Shown: in pieces, positions 37,166 to 46,942 of the stretch
Layout: every line of letters starts with the position of its first letter
Position numbering within the stretch: the stretch's first letter is position 1
Assembly (NCBI GenBank): GCA_021399345.1
Contig: JAAFKI010000124.1
Span: forward strand, 29,521-93,520
DNA length: 64,000 nucleotides
Reading direction: 5' to 3'
Origin: Candidatus Heimdallarchaeota archaeon
Lineage (GTDB): Archaea > Asgardarchaeota > Heimdallarchaeia > Heimdallarchaeales > Heimdallarchaeaceae
Position numbers and translations under genes: made by a program
The notes under the pieces: generated by a model
Told to the model about the DNA's origin: nothing
Database searches by the model: none
The model's input: only the letters and a program-made list of their open reading frames with translations

Positions 37166-38320
37166 ATGGGATTGATAAAAACTCCAATGTGGAAAGTCCA
37201 TGAAGATGCCGGAGCTAAGATGACTGATTTTGCAGGGTACTATCTTCCAGTTTCTTATACCGGAATTGACTTGGAAATCATGGCTACCAGAGAAAATGTT
37301 TCAATAGTAGAAGTTACAGACATGGGACGTTACTCTCTCAAAGGCAAGTATGCTTCTAAGCTTCTGGAACTACTCACACCCCGACTTATTGCAAAGATGA
37401 ATGATATGAAATGCGGTTACACTTATTATCTTAATGAAAATGGTGGCTATCGCGATGATACAATCATCGGTAAGAAGAGCGAAACAGATTTCTTTAACGT
37501 CTGTAATGCTGGTGATCAAACAATAAAGGTTTTAGCTTGGATAGGACAGTTTGTAAAAATCTTTGAAGAGTTCACAGGAGAACCTCTTGAATTCAAAGAT
37601 TGGACAGAAGAAACAACTATGTTTGCAGTTCAAGGTCCAAATTATAATGTAATTTTGGACAACTTAGGAGTCCCAGACACAGGTAGATGGGAAATGGTAG
37701 AAGCTGAAGTAGAAGGATGTAAATGTCTATTCACTGGTACCGGTTATACTGGTGAGAATGGATTCGAAGTAGTTATTTTTGATTCTGATTTACAAGATCC
37801 TTCAAAAGGTATCAAGGTTTGGAATGCTATTTTAGAAGCAGGTAAAGACGTAGGTATTGTTCTTTGCGGTCTGGGTGCTCGAGATGCTCTTAGAATTGAA
37901 GCTGGATTACCGCTTTATGGTGAAGATATCTATGAAGAAGTTAACCCAATTGAAACCGGTTATGATTTTTCCATCTTTTGTAAGCATGATAAAGAACCAT
38001 TTTACTTTGGTAAAGAAGCTATTCTAAAAGCCAAGAATGAAGGTGTAAAAATCAAGCACGTGGGTATCAAATTGCTTGAAAAAGGTATCCCAAGAGCTGG
38101 TTATGAAATTCTAAACATGGTTGGCGAAAAAATAGGTTCCATGGTAAATGGCATCAGATCTCCTGTTATTGGAGCTGGTATTGGAATGGCTTTTGTTCCT
38201 ATTGAATACGCAGAACATGGTAAAGAAGTTCTAGTTCAAATCCGAAAGAATCAAGTAAAAGCTATGGTTCATAAACTTCCATTCTATGACCCAAAAGTTT
38301 GGGGCTGGAAAAGAGAATAA
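37166..38320 (+). CDS. gcvT: Glycine cleavage system T protein (aminomethyltransferase)
   Basis: TPMWKVHEDAGAKMTDFAGYYLPVSY, FAVQGP, TGYTGENGFEV, GLGARDALRIEAGLPLYG and a C-terminal barrel. Confidence 0.88.
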   Translation: MGLIKTPMWKVHEDAGAKMTDFAGYYLPVSYTGIDLEIMATRENVSIVEVTDMGRYSLKGKYASKLLELLTPRLIAKMNDMKCGYTYYLNENGGYRDDTIIGKKSETDFFNVCNAGDQTIKVLAWIGQFVKIFEEFTGEPLEFKDWTEETTMFAVQGPNYNVILDNLGVPDTGRWEMVEAEVEGCKCLFTGTGYTGENGFEVVIFDSDLQDPSKGIKVWNAILEAGKDVGIVLCGLGARDALRIEAGLPLYGEDIYEEVNPIETGYDFSIFCKHDKEPFYFGKEAILKAKNEGVKIKHVGIKLLEKGIPRAGYEILNMVGEKIGSMVNGIRSPVIGAGIGMAFVPIEYAEHGKEVLVQIRKNQVKAMVHKLPFYDPKVWGWKRE

Positions 38321-38324
38321 TAAT

Positions 38325-38346
38325 TTTCTTTTTTTTTCTTTTTTTT
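38325..38346 (+). terminator. Oligo-T tract (archaeal-type termination signal) after gcvT
   Basis: ttttctttttttttcttttttt directly follows the gcvT stop, in the 28-nt gap to the convergent GTPase gene. Confidence 0.45.
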
Positions 38347-38348
38347 GC

Positions 38349-39197
38349 TTACTCTTCACTTATCTTTTCTTGTTTAAGACGCAGATATTCATCAGGATCT
38401 TCCCAAACAGGTATCTTAGCTTTATTATTATACTCGGTAAGAAAAACTCTTGCAGCTGTTTCTAGGTCTAATTCTCCACCTTTTTTCCTCTTGTGCCTCT
38501 TTTCAGTAAATTTCTCTAAAAACTCAGGAGGAGATTCGTATTCAATTTCATACGTTTTTTTAATTGCTCCAGAATTAATTTTATCAATACTTTGTACTAA
38601 TGACCATGCACCTTTGACAGGATCAGAGAGTTTTTCTGGTTTAGCTATACCAAGAAGTATCTTATCAGCTGTGGATAACCTCTTTGAGACCACTCCAGGT
38701 GTGTCATAAATCTTCAATCTTGTAGTTATTCTAAGAGCTTGTAGTGCTTTAGTGAATCCTGGAATAGGGGCAACTGGAGCACTTGATCTCCCCTTTAGAA
38801 TATTGATCAAGGAACTTTTCCCAGTATTTGGGAGACCTATAAAACAAGCAATGATATAGAACATATCATCCTTAACTGCAGAAAGGATTGCATTCCTCAG
38901 TATTGAAGTGCTTAATCTTTCTCGAGCTGAAGTTGGTATAACTTTGAACCCCTCGCTACTTAATATTCTTCTCCATTTTTTTACAATGTGATCAGGAACA
39001 AGATCAACCTTATTCAGGACAATCAATAGTCTTTTTGATGGATCTCTGTGAACCATTCGTTCATATCTACCAGATCTTGATAAGCTTGGAAATCTGGCAT
39101 CTAAAACCTCAACTACAACTTCGCTACCTTTAATCATTTTACGTACCATTGTATCATAGTCATCTTTTGGCATTCTACGCTCAACTCGGTAATTCAA
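38349..39197 (-). CDS. Circularly permuted ribosome-biogenesis-type GTPase (YlqF/RbgA / Nog2-Lsg1-like)
   Basis: Permuted motif order: G4 LNKVDL, then G1 GLPNTGKSSLIN, then G3 YDTPGV. The basic C-terminal tail is KRHKRKKGG. Confidence 0.85.
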   Translation of the reverse strand: MNYRVERRMPKDDYDTMVRKMIKGSEVVVEVLDARFPSLSRSGRYERMVHRDPSKRLLIVLNKVDLVPDHIVKKWRRILSSEGFKVIPTSARERLSTSILRNAILSAVKDDMFYIIACFIGLPNTGKSSLINILKGRSSAPVAPIPGFTKALQALRITTRLKIYDTPGVVSKRLSTADKILLGIAKPEKLSDPVKGAWSLVQSIDKINSGAIKKTYEIEYESPPEFLEKFTEKRHKRKKGGELDLETAARVFLTEYNNKAKIPVWEDPDEYLRLKQEKISEE

Positions 39198-39202
39198 TTA
39201 TG

Positions 39203-39391
39203 CTAGAATTCTTTTGGTGGTCCAATATCAGGACGTTCTGGTTTATATGGTCGATCTGGGGGGGTTCCAGGTTGAAATGGTGGTGAAACACCATGATCTT
39301 TCATATGTGCTTCTAGCAATCTTCTTAAACGTTCTACCTCTTGTTCTAGCTGTTTTACTCTCTCTTCTAAGGGTAGGAGTTCTTTAGTCAT
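39203..39391 (-). CDS. Small coiled-coil / proline-rich protein; unknown function
   Basis: 62 aa: LEERVKQLEQEVERLRRLLEAH followed by SPPFQPGTPPDRPYKPERPDIGPP. It ends 5 nt before the GTPase start. GC is visibly above the intergenic background. Confidence 0.5.
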   Translation of the reverse strand: MTKELLPLEERVKQLEQEVERLRRLLEAHMKDHGVSPPFQPGTPPDRPYKPERPDIGPPKEF

Positions 39392-39443
39392 ATGTGTATA
39401 ATTAATGTGAAAAGATATAAAAGATGTGATTGAAGTTAGAATA

Positions 39444-40235
39444 ATGAAATTTCACGATGCTCATTGCCATTTAGCTAATAAGGATTTCATGAAAGACTTT
39501 GATATTTCTACTTCTATGAAAAAGTGGAAAAATTCAGGTTTGGAATATGTTATTGGTGTTTCATCCAATATTTCCGAATCTTACAAAATCCTTGAAATGA
39601 GCAAAGAATTCAAAGGAATAATTCCGGGGATAGGGATTCATCCTTGGAAAGCAAAAACACAAATGAAAGAAGAACTTAAGGCAGAATTCAGACAAATTAT
39701 TAATGATAATGAAATAATTGTTTTAGGTGAAATAGGATTAGATCATCATTTCATCAGAAGAGAAGAGCGTTATTCATACCAGGAAGAATATTTTCGATTT
39801 TTCTTAGAGCAAGCAGAGAAAAACAGTTTACCCATAAACATCCATCTAAAAGGGGCTGAAGAAGAAACTTCCAATATTCTTACCTCTTATAAAATCCCTT
39901 CTGAAAACATCTTAATACATTGGTATTCTGGACCAAAAAAAGTCTTTAATCAATTCCTAGAGAGAAATTATTTTTTTAGTATCAATCCTTCAGTTCTTAC
40001 AGGTTCCACTCATATAGAGGTTTTGAAAAACACACCTTTAAATCGAATTCTGACAGAATCAGATGGTAATGTTAAATATACCATTAATAATATAAGAGTA
40101 ACTGGTTCTCCAGGTATTATTCCTAAAGTATTAAGTAAAATAGAAGAAATAAAAAATATAGAACTAGAAGAATTATCTGTACTTCTCCAAGAAAATATAA
40201 GAATATACGCAAACATAACAGGTGATAGAATATGA
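39444..40235 (+). CDS. tatD: TatD-family metal-dependent hydrolase/nuclease
   Basis: FHDAHCHL, GEIGLDHH, INIHLKG, IHWYSG and TESDGN. I prefer ATG 39444 over GTG 39426. Confidence 0.85.
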   Translation: MKFHDAHCHLANKDFMKDFDISTSMKKWKNSGLEYVIGVSSNISESYKILEMSKEFKGIIPGIGIHPWKAKTQMKEELKAEFRQIINDNEIIVLGEIGLDHHFIRREERYSYQEEYFRFFLEQAEKNSLPINIHLKGAEEETSNILTSYKIPSENILIHWYSGPKKVFNQFLERNYFFSINPSVLTGSTHIEVLKNTPLNRILTESDGNVKYTINNIRVTGSPGIIPKVLSKIEEIKNIELEELSVLLQENIRIYANITGDRI

Positions 40236-41263
40236 GTGAAAAATCTTTAAACAGAGTTCTAAGACAAAAGAAACAATATGCGTCTGAAGTTTTAAAGCGA
40301 ACTTCAAGTAAGAAGAAAAAGGTTGCTTATCACTTCAATTGTCCAGATGGTCTAGTTTCAGCCGCTTTGTTTCGTTATCTCTTTGCAGATAAAGATTTAA
40401 TCTATATTCCAATAGATTATCCTTTACTTAAAGAGGACAAAATATCTCAGGTCTTGATCAATGCAAACTGGTTTGCGATATTAGATCTCAGCCCTTTCAA
40501 TACAAACAAAATAGAATATTTTTTTGATCACCATATATCAAATCAAGGAGTGGAAATCAAATCCAAAGTTTCCATTTTTGATCCAAAATCACCAAGTGCA
40601 GCAGCTCTTATTGTAGAATATTTTGGAGCTAAATTACCAGATTTCATGATAGAATTGTCTGAAATCACTGAAATTACCGATACAGCTAGTTATAGCACGC
40701 CAGCTCCTGTGGAAATTAAGGATAATTTAAGCGAGTATGATTGGGATGAAAGAGTTTGGTTTTTAGAAGATGTGTGTAAATCAACATTCACAATTGCTGA
40801 GCATGATCTTGTTATAGAATTATTGGCATCAAAAGGGTTAGATGGTTTATGGGAAAGGGATATTTTAAATCGTGTGAAGAGACTACGAAATTCTCGAAAA
40901 GAATCTTTCGATATAGCACAAGGAATTGAAATTACTGATTTCATTATTCTTATTGATAATCCTCTTCATTATAATACTGCAGCCATAGCATCAGAATTAC
41001 AGAAAAGAGGAGTAAAGGGGGTCGCATATCTTACTGTCTACCCAGAAGAAACCAAAATAAGTCTTAGATTAAACAGAGAAATGTCAATCAAAGATGTTGA
41101 AAAATACAGAGTAGATTTACTTGCAAATAAGATGTCAGGAGGAGGGCATAAGGGAGCCTCTGGAGCAGAAATGGAAGATCTTAATGAAACCCTCAAAATA
41201 ATAAAAACTTGGACAAGGGAAGTCAACTTAGAGATGAAAATCGTAGATTTAAGAAAAAGGTGA
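40232..41263 (+). CDS. DHH/DHHA1-family phosphoesterase (NrnA / RecJ-like small form)
   Basis: FFDHHIS (DHH motif) and SGGGHKGASG (DHHA1 GGGH motif). Motif I is reduced to HFNCPDG. ATGA overlap with tatD. Confidence 0.75.
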   Translation: MSEKSLNRVLRQKKQYASEVLKRTSSKKKKVAYHFNCPDGLVSAALFRYLFADKDLIYIPIDYPLLKEDKISQVLINANWFAILDLSPFNTNKIEYFFDHHISNQGVEIKSKVSIFDPKSPSAAALIVEYFGAKLPDFMIELSEITEITDTASYSTPAPVEIKDNLSEYDWDERVWFLEDVCKSTFTIAEHDLVIELLASKGLDGLWERDILNRVKRLRNSRKESFDIAQGIEITDFIILIDNPLHYNTAAIASELQKRGVKGVAYLTVYPEETKISLRLNREMSIKDVEKYRVDLLANKMSGGGHKGASGAEMEDLNETLKIIKTWTREVNLEMKIVDLRKR

Positions 41264-41275
41264 GAGAGGATAAAA

Positions 41276-42751
41276 CTATCCTTTAACATTACCAATTGGT
41301 TTTACTCTTACAACTGGATGACCAAGTCCAGATACTTCGATAGCATTAATCACTTCATCAATATCTTTGTATGCAAAACCAGCTTCTTCTGCTAAACCTG
41401 GCATTGATGCTCCTTTAACATATATCCCTTTTTCGCTCATTCTTTGTTGAAGGAAATCTCCTCTTATTTGTCTTTTTGCTTTGCTTCTACTCATTGTTCT
41501 CCCTGCACCATGGGCTGTTGAACCAAAGCTTACATCCATTGCTTTATGTGTTCCTGTTAAGAGATAAGAGCCAGTTTCCATGGATCCTCCAATAATGATG
41601 GGTTGTCCAATTTCCTTATACTCTTGAGGAATTTCAGGATGATTTGGTGGAAATCCTCGAGTAGCTCCCTTTCGGTGAACCATTAATTCTCTTTTCTCAC
41701 CATCAATTCTGTGCTCTTCAATCTTGGCAATGTTATGAGCTACATCATAAATCAAATCTAATCCTAATTCATCTTCATCTTGGTTGAAGACTTCTGTGAA
41801 AACTTGTCTAACGTTATGTGTTATTATTTGCCGATTAGCATAAGCCATATTTGCCGCACAACTCATAGCTACAAAATAATCTTCTCCTTCTTTTGAGTTT
41901 ATAGGGACACTTGCTAGTTCTTGATCAAGTACTGGAAGATTGTATTTAGTCATTGCAGTTAAACAGTTTCTTAAGTAATCTGAAGCAACTTGATGGCCTA
42001 ATCCTCTAGAACCGCAATGAATCATAATAGTAACTTGATAGTTTTTATTCAAACCTAATTTTTTACCCTTCTCCGGGTCAAACAAATCTCCAGGTTTTAC
42101 TACTTGTATTTCCAGATAATGGTTACCAGAGCCAAGTGTTCCTAGTTGTCTAAGTCCTCTACTCTGTGCTTTATTACTAACCTTTGAAGAATCTGCTTCA
42201 GGCATCTTTCCCTGACTTTCAATTCTACGTACATCTTCTTCTCTAGCATAACCTTTTTCCAAACACCACTGTGCACCGTTTTCTAGAACATTTTCAAACT
42301 CTAATCGAGATATATTTGCCAAATACTGGTCGTGAGTTAGTTTAACACCTACTCCTGCAGGAACACGACGAAACAACAGGTCTACAAGCTCCTTAATTTT
42401 AGGTTTTACATCTCTTTCTTCTAAGGTTGTGGTGAGCATGCGTACTCCACAATTGATATCAAAACCAACCCCCCCAGGGCTAATTACTCCTTCCTCCATA
42501 TCCATTGCAGCAACACCGCCTATTGGAAATCCATATCCAACATGTGCATCAGGAAGAGCAATTGCATATTTCTGAATTCCAGGAAGGGTTGCTACATTAG
42601 TTATCTGATCAACAACTTTGCCTTCAAGTCCTTTTTTTAGAGCTGGAGTTACAATCAATCTTGCAGGTACCCTCATACCCTTTTTGTATGATGTGGGGAC
42701 TTCCCAAGTTGTTTCATCAATTTGTTTCATTGGAATGTTTTCGCTTGACAT
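41276..42751 (-). CDS. rtcB: RtcB 3'-phosphate RNA ligase
   Basis: PDAHVGYGFPIGG, GFDINCGVR, LGSGNHYLEIQ, HCGSRGLGHQ, DVAHN and HGAGR. I prefer ATG 42751 over TTG 42760. Confidence 0.92.
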   Translation of the reverse strand: MSSENIPMKQIDETTWEVPTSYKKGMRVPARLIVTPALKKGLEGKVVDQITNVATLPGIQKYAIALPDAHVGYGFPIGGVAAMDMEEGVISPGGVGFDINCGVRMLTTTLEERDVKPKIKELVDLLFRRVPAGVGVKLTHDQYLANISRLEFENVLENGAQWCLEKGYAREEDVRRIESQGKMPEADSSKVSNKAQSRGLRQLGTLGSGNHYLEIQVVKPGDLFDPEKGKKLGLNKNYQVTIMIHCGSRGLGHQVASDYLRNCLTAMTKYNLPVLDQELASVPINSKEGEDYFVAMSCAANMAYANRQIITHNVRQVFTEVFNQDEDELGLDLIYDVAHNIAKIEEHRIDGEKRELMVHRKGATRGFPPNHPEIPQEYKEIGQPIIIGGSMETGSYLLTGTHKAMDVSFGSTAHGAGRTMSRSKAKRQIRGDFLQQRMSEKGIYVKGASMPGLAEEAGFAYKDIDEVINAIEVSGLGHPVVRVKPIGNVKG

Positions 42752-42860
42752 TTTTCTCAATGTAAAGGAATTGTTAGTTTTAATAAGTCTCTTGGTTTAT
42801 CAGAAAATATCTACAAAGGGATTATTTTTATTAGTAATTTATTTCTCCTTTCTGAGTTCA

Positions 42861-43289
42861 ATGTTCAAATACAACATACTCTCTGAAGAAGTAAAATCAG
42901 ATTTTGCTTTTGAAGTTAATGCAGATAACCTCTCAGAACTTTTCAGAGGTGCAGGAATAGCTATGATGGAAGCTATGGTAAACGTCAAAGAATTTGAGGC
43001 AAAACGCGTCTGGGAATTCAAAATCGAATCTGATACCCTAGACCTATTATTGTTCGATTTTCTAGGAGAACTAGTATTTGTTAAGGATGTTGAATCTGTT
43101 TTATTCAAAGACTATGAAATTATAATCGAAGAAAATGATAAGTTCAAACTCTCGTGCAAAGCTTTTGGTGATGATATTGATTATGAGAAATATGAAATAT
43201 TAACTGATGTAAAAGCTGTTACTATGCACAAGTTTGTCTTAGAAAAGAGAAATGATGAGTGGTATTGTCATATAATCTTAGACTTATAG
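42861..43289 (+). CDS. Archease (RtcB activator)
   Basis: 142 aa: MFKYNILSEEVKSDFAFEVNADNLSELF...DFLGELVF...VKAVTMHKF...CHIILDL. The ORF-track entry 42618-43289 extends it artificially over the rtcB 5' end. Confidence 0.85.
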   Translation: MFKYNILSEEVKSDFAFEVNADNLSELFRGAGIAMMEAMVNVKEFEAKRVWEFKIESDTLDLLLFDFLGELVFVKDVESVLFKDYEIIIEENDKFKLSCKAFGDDIDYEKYEILTDVKAVTMHKFVLEKRNDEWYCHIILDL

Positions 43290-43429
43290 AACAGAGGTTT
43301 CTATATCATATTAGATTAACACTAAACAAGCGTATTTACCTCTCAAATCAGTACTATATCTGATTAATAATCTTTATAAACTAAACTTCTTCTCGTTAAA
43401 ACAATCCTATAAATGATAGAGGAATTACT

Positions 43430-43852
43430 ATGGGTGACATAAGAGTAAAAGACAAATATACTGTGAAAGAAGGACTTCTTTACACTAAAGAAAGTGAATG
43501 GGTTCTTCAAGAAGGAGACATCTGGATTTATGGCCTTAGCAATTATGCTAGTGTCGAACTAGGTGAACTTGCGTATGTAGAACTTCCTGCAGTAGGTGAT
43601 ACCTTCGGTAATGAAGATTCAATGGGTATTGTTGAAGCTCTAAAAGCTGTCGTTGATTTCTATTCTCCATTTGATTGTGAAGTTGTAGAAGTTAATTCAG
43701 ATTTAGAAGATGATGCATCACCAATTACTGAAGATTGCTATGGTGAAGGCTGGATTCTGAAGCTCAAAGCAACTGGTCCAATTGATCATCTATTCAACCA
43801 AGAAGATTACGTAAAACTCATTGAGAAAAAGATCGAAGAAGGTTCTCATTAG
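43430..43852 (+). CDS. gcvH: Glycine cleavage system H protein (lipoyl carrier)
   Basis: GIVEALKAVVDFYSPFDCEVVEVN with the lipoyl-lysine context, and GEGWILKLK. Confidence 0.88.
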   Translation: MGDIRVKDKYTVKEGLLYTKESEWVLQEGDIWIYGLSNYASVELGELAYVELPAVGDTFGNEDSMGIVEALKAVVDFYSPFDCEVVEVNSDLEDDASPITEDCYGEGWILKLKATGPIDHLFNQEDYVKLIEKKIEEGSH

Positions 43853-43910
43853 ATTTTAAGAGGAGAATTTTTCCCCCTTTATTTTTATCAATTAACAAAG
43901 AGGAACAAAA

Positions 43911-45296
43911 ATGACAGAAGGTTTTAAAGAACATCCTTACCTAGGAAATAGTCAACAAGATGTCGATGAAATGCTTCAGTATTTGGGTCTCAAAAGTATC
44001 GAAGAGCTCTATTCCGATATTCCTGATGATATAAGATTCAAAGGAGAATTGGATTTACCACATTATAAGAGTGAATATGAACTTTTAGAGGCAATTAAGG
44101 CAAAAATGAGTAAAAATATCACTACAAGAGAAGTAAGATCTTTCATGGGTGGTGGAGTATTAGATATTTATATGCCTGCGCTCCAAGATGAAGTTCTTAG
44201 AAGAACTGAATTTTACAGTGCATATACCCCTTACCAACCTGAAACTTCTCAGGGAACGACTCAAGCCTTATTTGAATATCAAAGCATGATCTGTGAACTT
44301 GTTGGAATGAATGTTGCTAACTGTTCTCTTTATGATTGGGCTACAGCTGTAGGAGAAGCAGCTTTAATGGCTTCTCGAATAACAAAAAGATACAAGTTTA
44401 TCTACACAGCAGCTACTGCCCCCAATAGAGAAGCAGTTTTGAAAAACTATGTTGTAGGAGCTAATCTGGAACTAGAAGAAATTCCTTATGATCCCACAAC
44501 TGGTAAAATGAATATAGCTGAAGCTAAAGCTAAGATGGATAATACAGTCGCTGGTATTTATATTGAAAATCCAAACTTCTTAGGAGTCATCGAAGATGGT
44601 TTAGAAGAAATTATCGCAGATGCTCATGAAAAAGGAGTAAAGGTTGTTATCGGAGCTGATATGAATTCATTGGCATTACTGAAGCCACCAGGTGAATATG
44701 GTGCTGATATTTGCATAGGAGAAGGTCAAACAATTGGCGGTGGTCCATTGAATTTTGGCGGACCGCTATTAGGTATTCTTGCAATGCAATTTGATAGAAG
44801 AGAAACAAGACAGATGCCGGGACGTATTGTTGGAGTTACTATAACTGCTAATGAAGGAGAAAGGGCTTTTGCAAATACATTAGAAACAAGAGAACAACAT
44901 ATCAAAAGAGAAAGAGCTACAAGTAACATTTGTACAAATGAAGGTCTTGTAGCACTAAGTTGTGCTATTCACTTAGCACTTTTGGGCCCCGAAGGTTATA
45001 AAGACACTGCAGAAACAATGTATCTAAGTGCACATTACTTGGTTAAAGAACTTGAGAAAATTGGTGTTAAACGGGTGTTTAACAGTGAATTCTTTAACAC
45101 ATTTATTCTTGATCTTAAGATTCCTAAAAGCAAAAAACAAGAATTCATAAATTTCATGTTGGAGAGAAAAATCTTTCCAGGAATTCCTTATTCAAACGAT
45201 GGTGAAAACTATGATTACATTGTTACAACTTCATATCTACTGTGTGAAGAAGACCTTAACGATTATGTTAAGGCAATTGGAGAGTGGAGGAGCTAA
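43911..45296 (+). CDS. gcvPA: Glycine dehydrogenase (decarboxylating) subunit 1
   Basis: AYTPYQPETSQGTTQALFEYQSMICELVGMNVANCSLYDWATA, PLNFGGPLLG, and GRIVG.T...G.RAF..TL.TREQHIKRERATSNICTN. Confidence 0.88.
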   Translation: MTEGFKEHPYLGNSQQDVDEMLQYLGLKSIEELYSDIPDDIRFKGELDLPHYKSEYELLEAIKAKMSKNITTREVRSFMGGGVLDIYMPALQDEVLRRTEFYSAYTPYQPETSQGTTQALFEYQSMICELVGMNVANCSLYDWATAVGEAALMASRITKRYKFIYTAATAPNREAVLKNYVVGANLELEEIPYDPTTGKMNIAEAKAKMDNTVAGIYIENPNFLGVIEDGLEEIIADAHEKGVKVVIGADMNSLALLKPPGEYGADICIGEGQTIGGGPLNFGGPLLGILAMQFDRRETRQMPGRIVGVTITANEGERAFANTLETREQHIKRERATSNICTNEGLVALSCAIHLALLGPEGYKDTAETMYLSAHYLVKELEKIGVKRVFNSEFFNTFILDLKIPKSKKQEFINFMLERKIFPGIPYSNDGENYDYIVTTSYLLCEEDLNDYVKAIGEWRS

Positions 45297-45298
45297 AA

Positions 45299-46816
45299 AT
45301 GTATAGACAAGCAAAATACGACGAACCTCTTCTCTTTGAACTAAGTAAAAAAGGTCGAAGAGCTCATCTTCCCCCAAGATGTGATTTCTCCAGAGATGAC
45401 ATCAATATTCCTGAGAATATGAGAAGAACTGTTCCTCCTGAATTACCAGAGCTTCATGAAGGTGAAGTAATGCGTCATTATGTGCATTTATCTCAGCAGA
45501 ATTACTGTATTGATACAGGCACTTATCCACTTGGTTCTTGTACTATGAAGTATAATCCTAAGATAAATGAAACAGTTGCTCGAATGGAGAAAATGATGTA
45601 TTTGCATCCAAATCAACCAGTCGAATCTGTTCAAGGTATCCTAGAAGTACTCTATGAGCTTCAAGTAGCATTGGGAGAGTTAGCAGGTCTAAAACATACA
45701 ACTTTGCAAACCCCAGCTGGTGCAAGCGGTGAATATTGTGGTCTTGCTTTAATCAAAGCTTACCATGATGATCATGGAGATACACAAAGAGATGAAATCA
45801 TTGCTCCTGATTCAAGTCACGGAACTAATCCTGCTAGTACTGTTATGAACGGTATGAAGCTCATTGAAATAAAATCCAATGAAGATGGAAGAGTAAATAT
45901 GGAAGCTCTAAAAGCTGCAGTATCAGATAAAACTGCAGGTTTGATGCTAACAAATCCTAATACACTTGGTATTTTCGAAAAAGATATCATCGAAATGTCA
46001 AGGATTGTTAAAGAAGCCGGTGGTTTACTCTATTACGATGGTGCAAACTTCAATGCTATTGTAGGGAAAATAAGACCAGGTGACATGGGGTACGATGTAC
46101 TTCATTTCAACTTACACAAAACATTCTCAACTCCACATGGTGGAGGAGGTCCTGGTTCAGCAGCTGTTTGTTGTAATGATCTTCTAGAACCATATTTACC
46201 AATACCAACTATCGAATATGATAAGGAAAAGGACTTTTATTTCTATAATCATGATCGTCCAAAATCTATTGGCAAAGTTCATGGTTATCACGGAAATGCA
46301 GCAATTGCACTAAGAGCTTATACATACATAGCAGCCTTAGGTTTCCAGGGATTGAAAGATACAGCAGAACACGCAGTATTAACTGCAAACTATGCAGTTA
46401 GAAAACTTGAGAAACTTGATGGTTTTAGACTAAGTCATACATCTGAAATTCCAAGAAAACATGAAGGTGTTCTTGAAGCAACACCGTTCTTAAGAAAATA
46501 TGATGTTTCAGGAATGGATATTGCTAAAATGATCATTAGCAGAGGTCTTCATGCTCCAACCGTTTACTTCCCTCTGATCGCTCATGAGGCTTGGATGGTT
46601 GAACCAACTGAGAATGAGAACAAAGACAGAATTGATCAATATGTTCAAGCTGTTTCGGAAGAAATGGAAAAAGCAAAAGTTGATTCTGATTATGCTCATG
46701 ATGCACCAAAATGGACATCAGTTGGAAGAATTGATTCAGCTTGGTCTGTTAGAAACTTAGTTTTGTCCTATAAGATTTACAAAGAGAAGAAAGAGAAAGG
46801 GGAATTCGTTCCTTAA
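45299..46816 (+). CDS. gcvPB: Glycine dehydrogenase (decarboxylating) subunit 2
   Basis: LGSCTMKYNPK, PDSSHGTNPAS, and the PLP lysine in HFNLHKTFSTPHGGGGPG. ATG 45299 has GGAGG 8 nt upstream and sits 2 nt after the gcvPA stop; the ORF track uses GTG 45284. Confidence 0.88.
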   Translation: MYRQAKYDEPLLFELSKKGRRAHLPPRCDFSRDDINIPENMRRTVPPELPELHEGEVMRHYVHLSQQNYCIDTGTYPLGSCTMKYNPKINETVARMEKMMYLHPNQPVESVQGILEVLYELQVALGELAGLKHTTLQTPAGASGEYCGLALIKAYHDDHGDTQRDEIIAPDSSHGTNPASTVMNGMKLIEIKSNEDGRVNMEALKAAVSDKTAGLMLTNPNTLGIFEKDIIEMSRIVKEAGGLLYYDGANFNAIVGKIRPGDMGYDVLHFNLHKTFSTPHGGGGPGSAAVCCNDLLEPYLPIPTIEYDKEKDFYFYNHDRPKSIGKVHGYHGNAAIALRAYTYIAALGFQGLKDTAEHAVLTANYAVRKLEKLDGFRLSHTSEIPRKHEGVLEATPFLRKYDVSGMDIAKMIISRGLHAPTVYFPLIAHEAWMVEPTENENKDRIDQYVQAVSEEMEKAKVDSDYAHDAPKWTSVGRIDSAWSVRNLVLSYKIYKEKKEKGEFVP

Positions 46817-46942
46817 AACATCTCTCTTTTATTCTATTTCTTTTTTTTTAATCAAGATTAAAATTCCGATAAGTCTATTTTTCACAATAATTTTTGCTAA
46901 AAAATTAAGATGCCAGAGGAAGGAAGTTTAACTTTTTTTCTA

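Noticed and set aside
38299-38709. 136-aa plus-strand ORF overlapping the end of gcvT and the cpGTPase gene
   Set aside because: It is entirely antisense to a GTPase with complete permuted G motifs. Its sequence is F/L/S-rich and low in complexity, as expected for the reverse frame of an AT-rich gene.
42618-42860. N-terminal 81-aa extension of the archease ORF in the ORF track
   Set aside because: The extension overlaps the rtcB 5' end on the opposite strand and the shared promoter region. Archease homology begins at MFKYNIL (ATG 42861), which gives the expected ~142-aa size.
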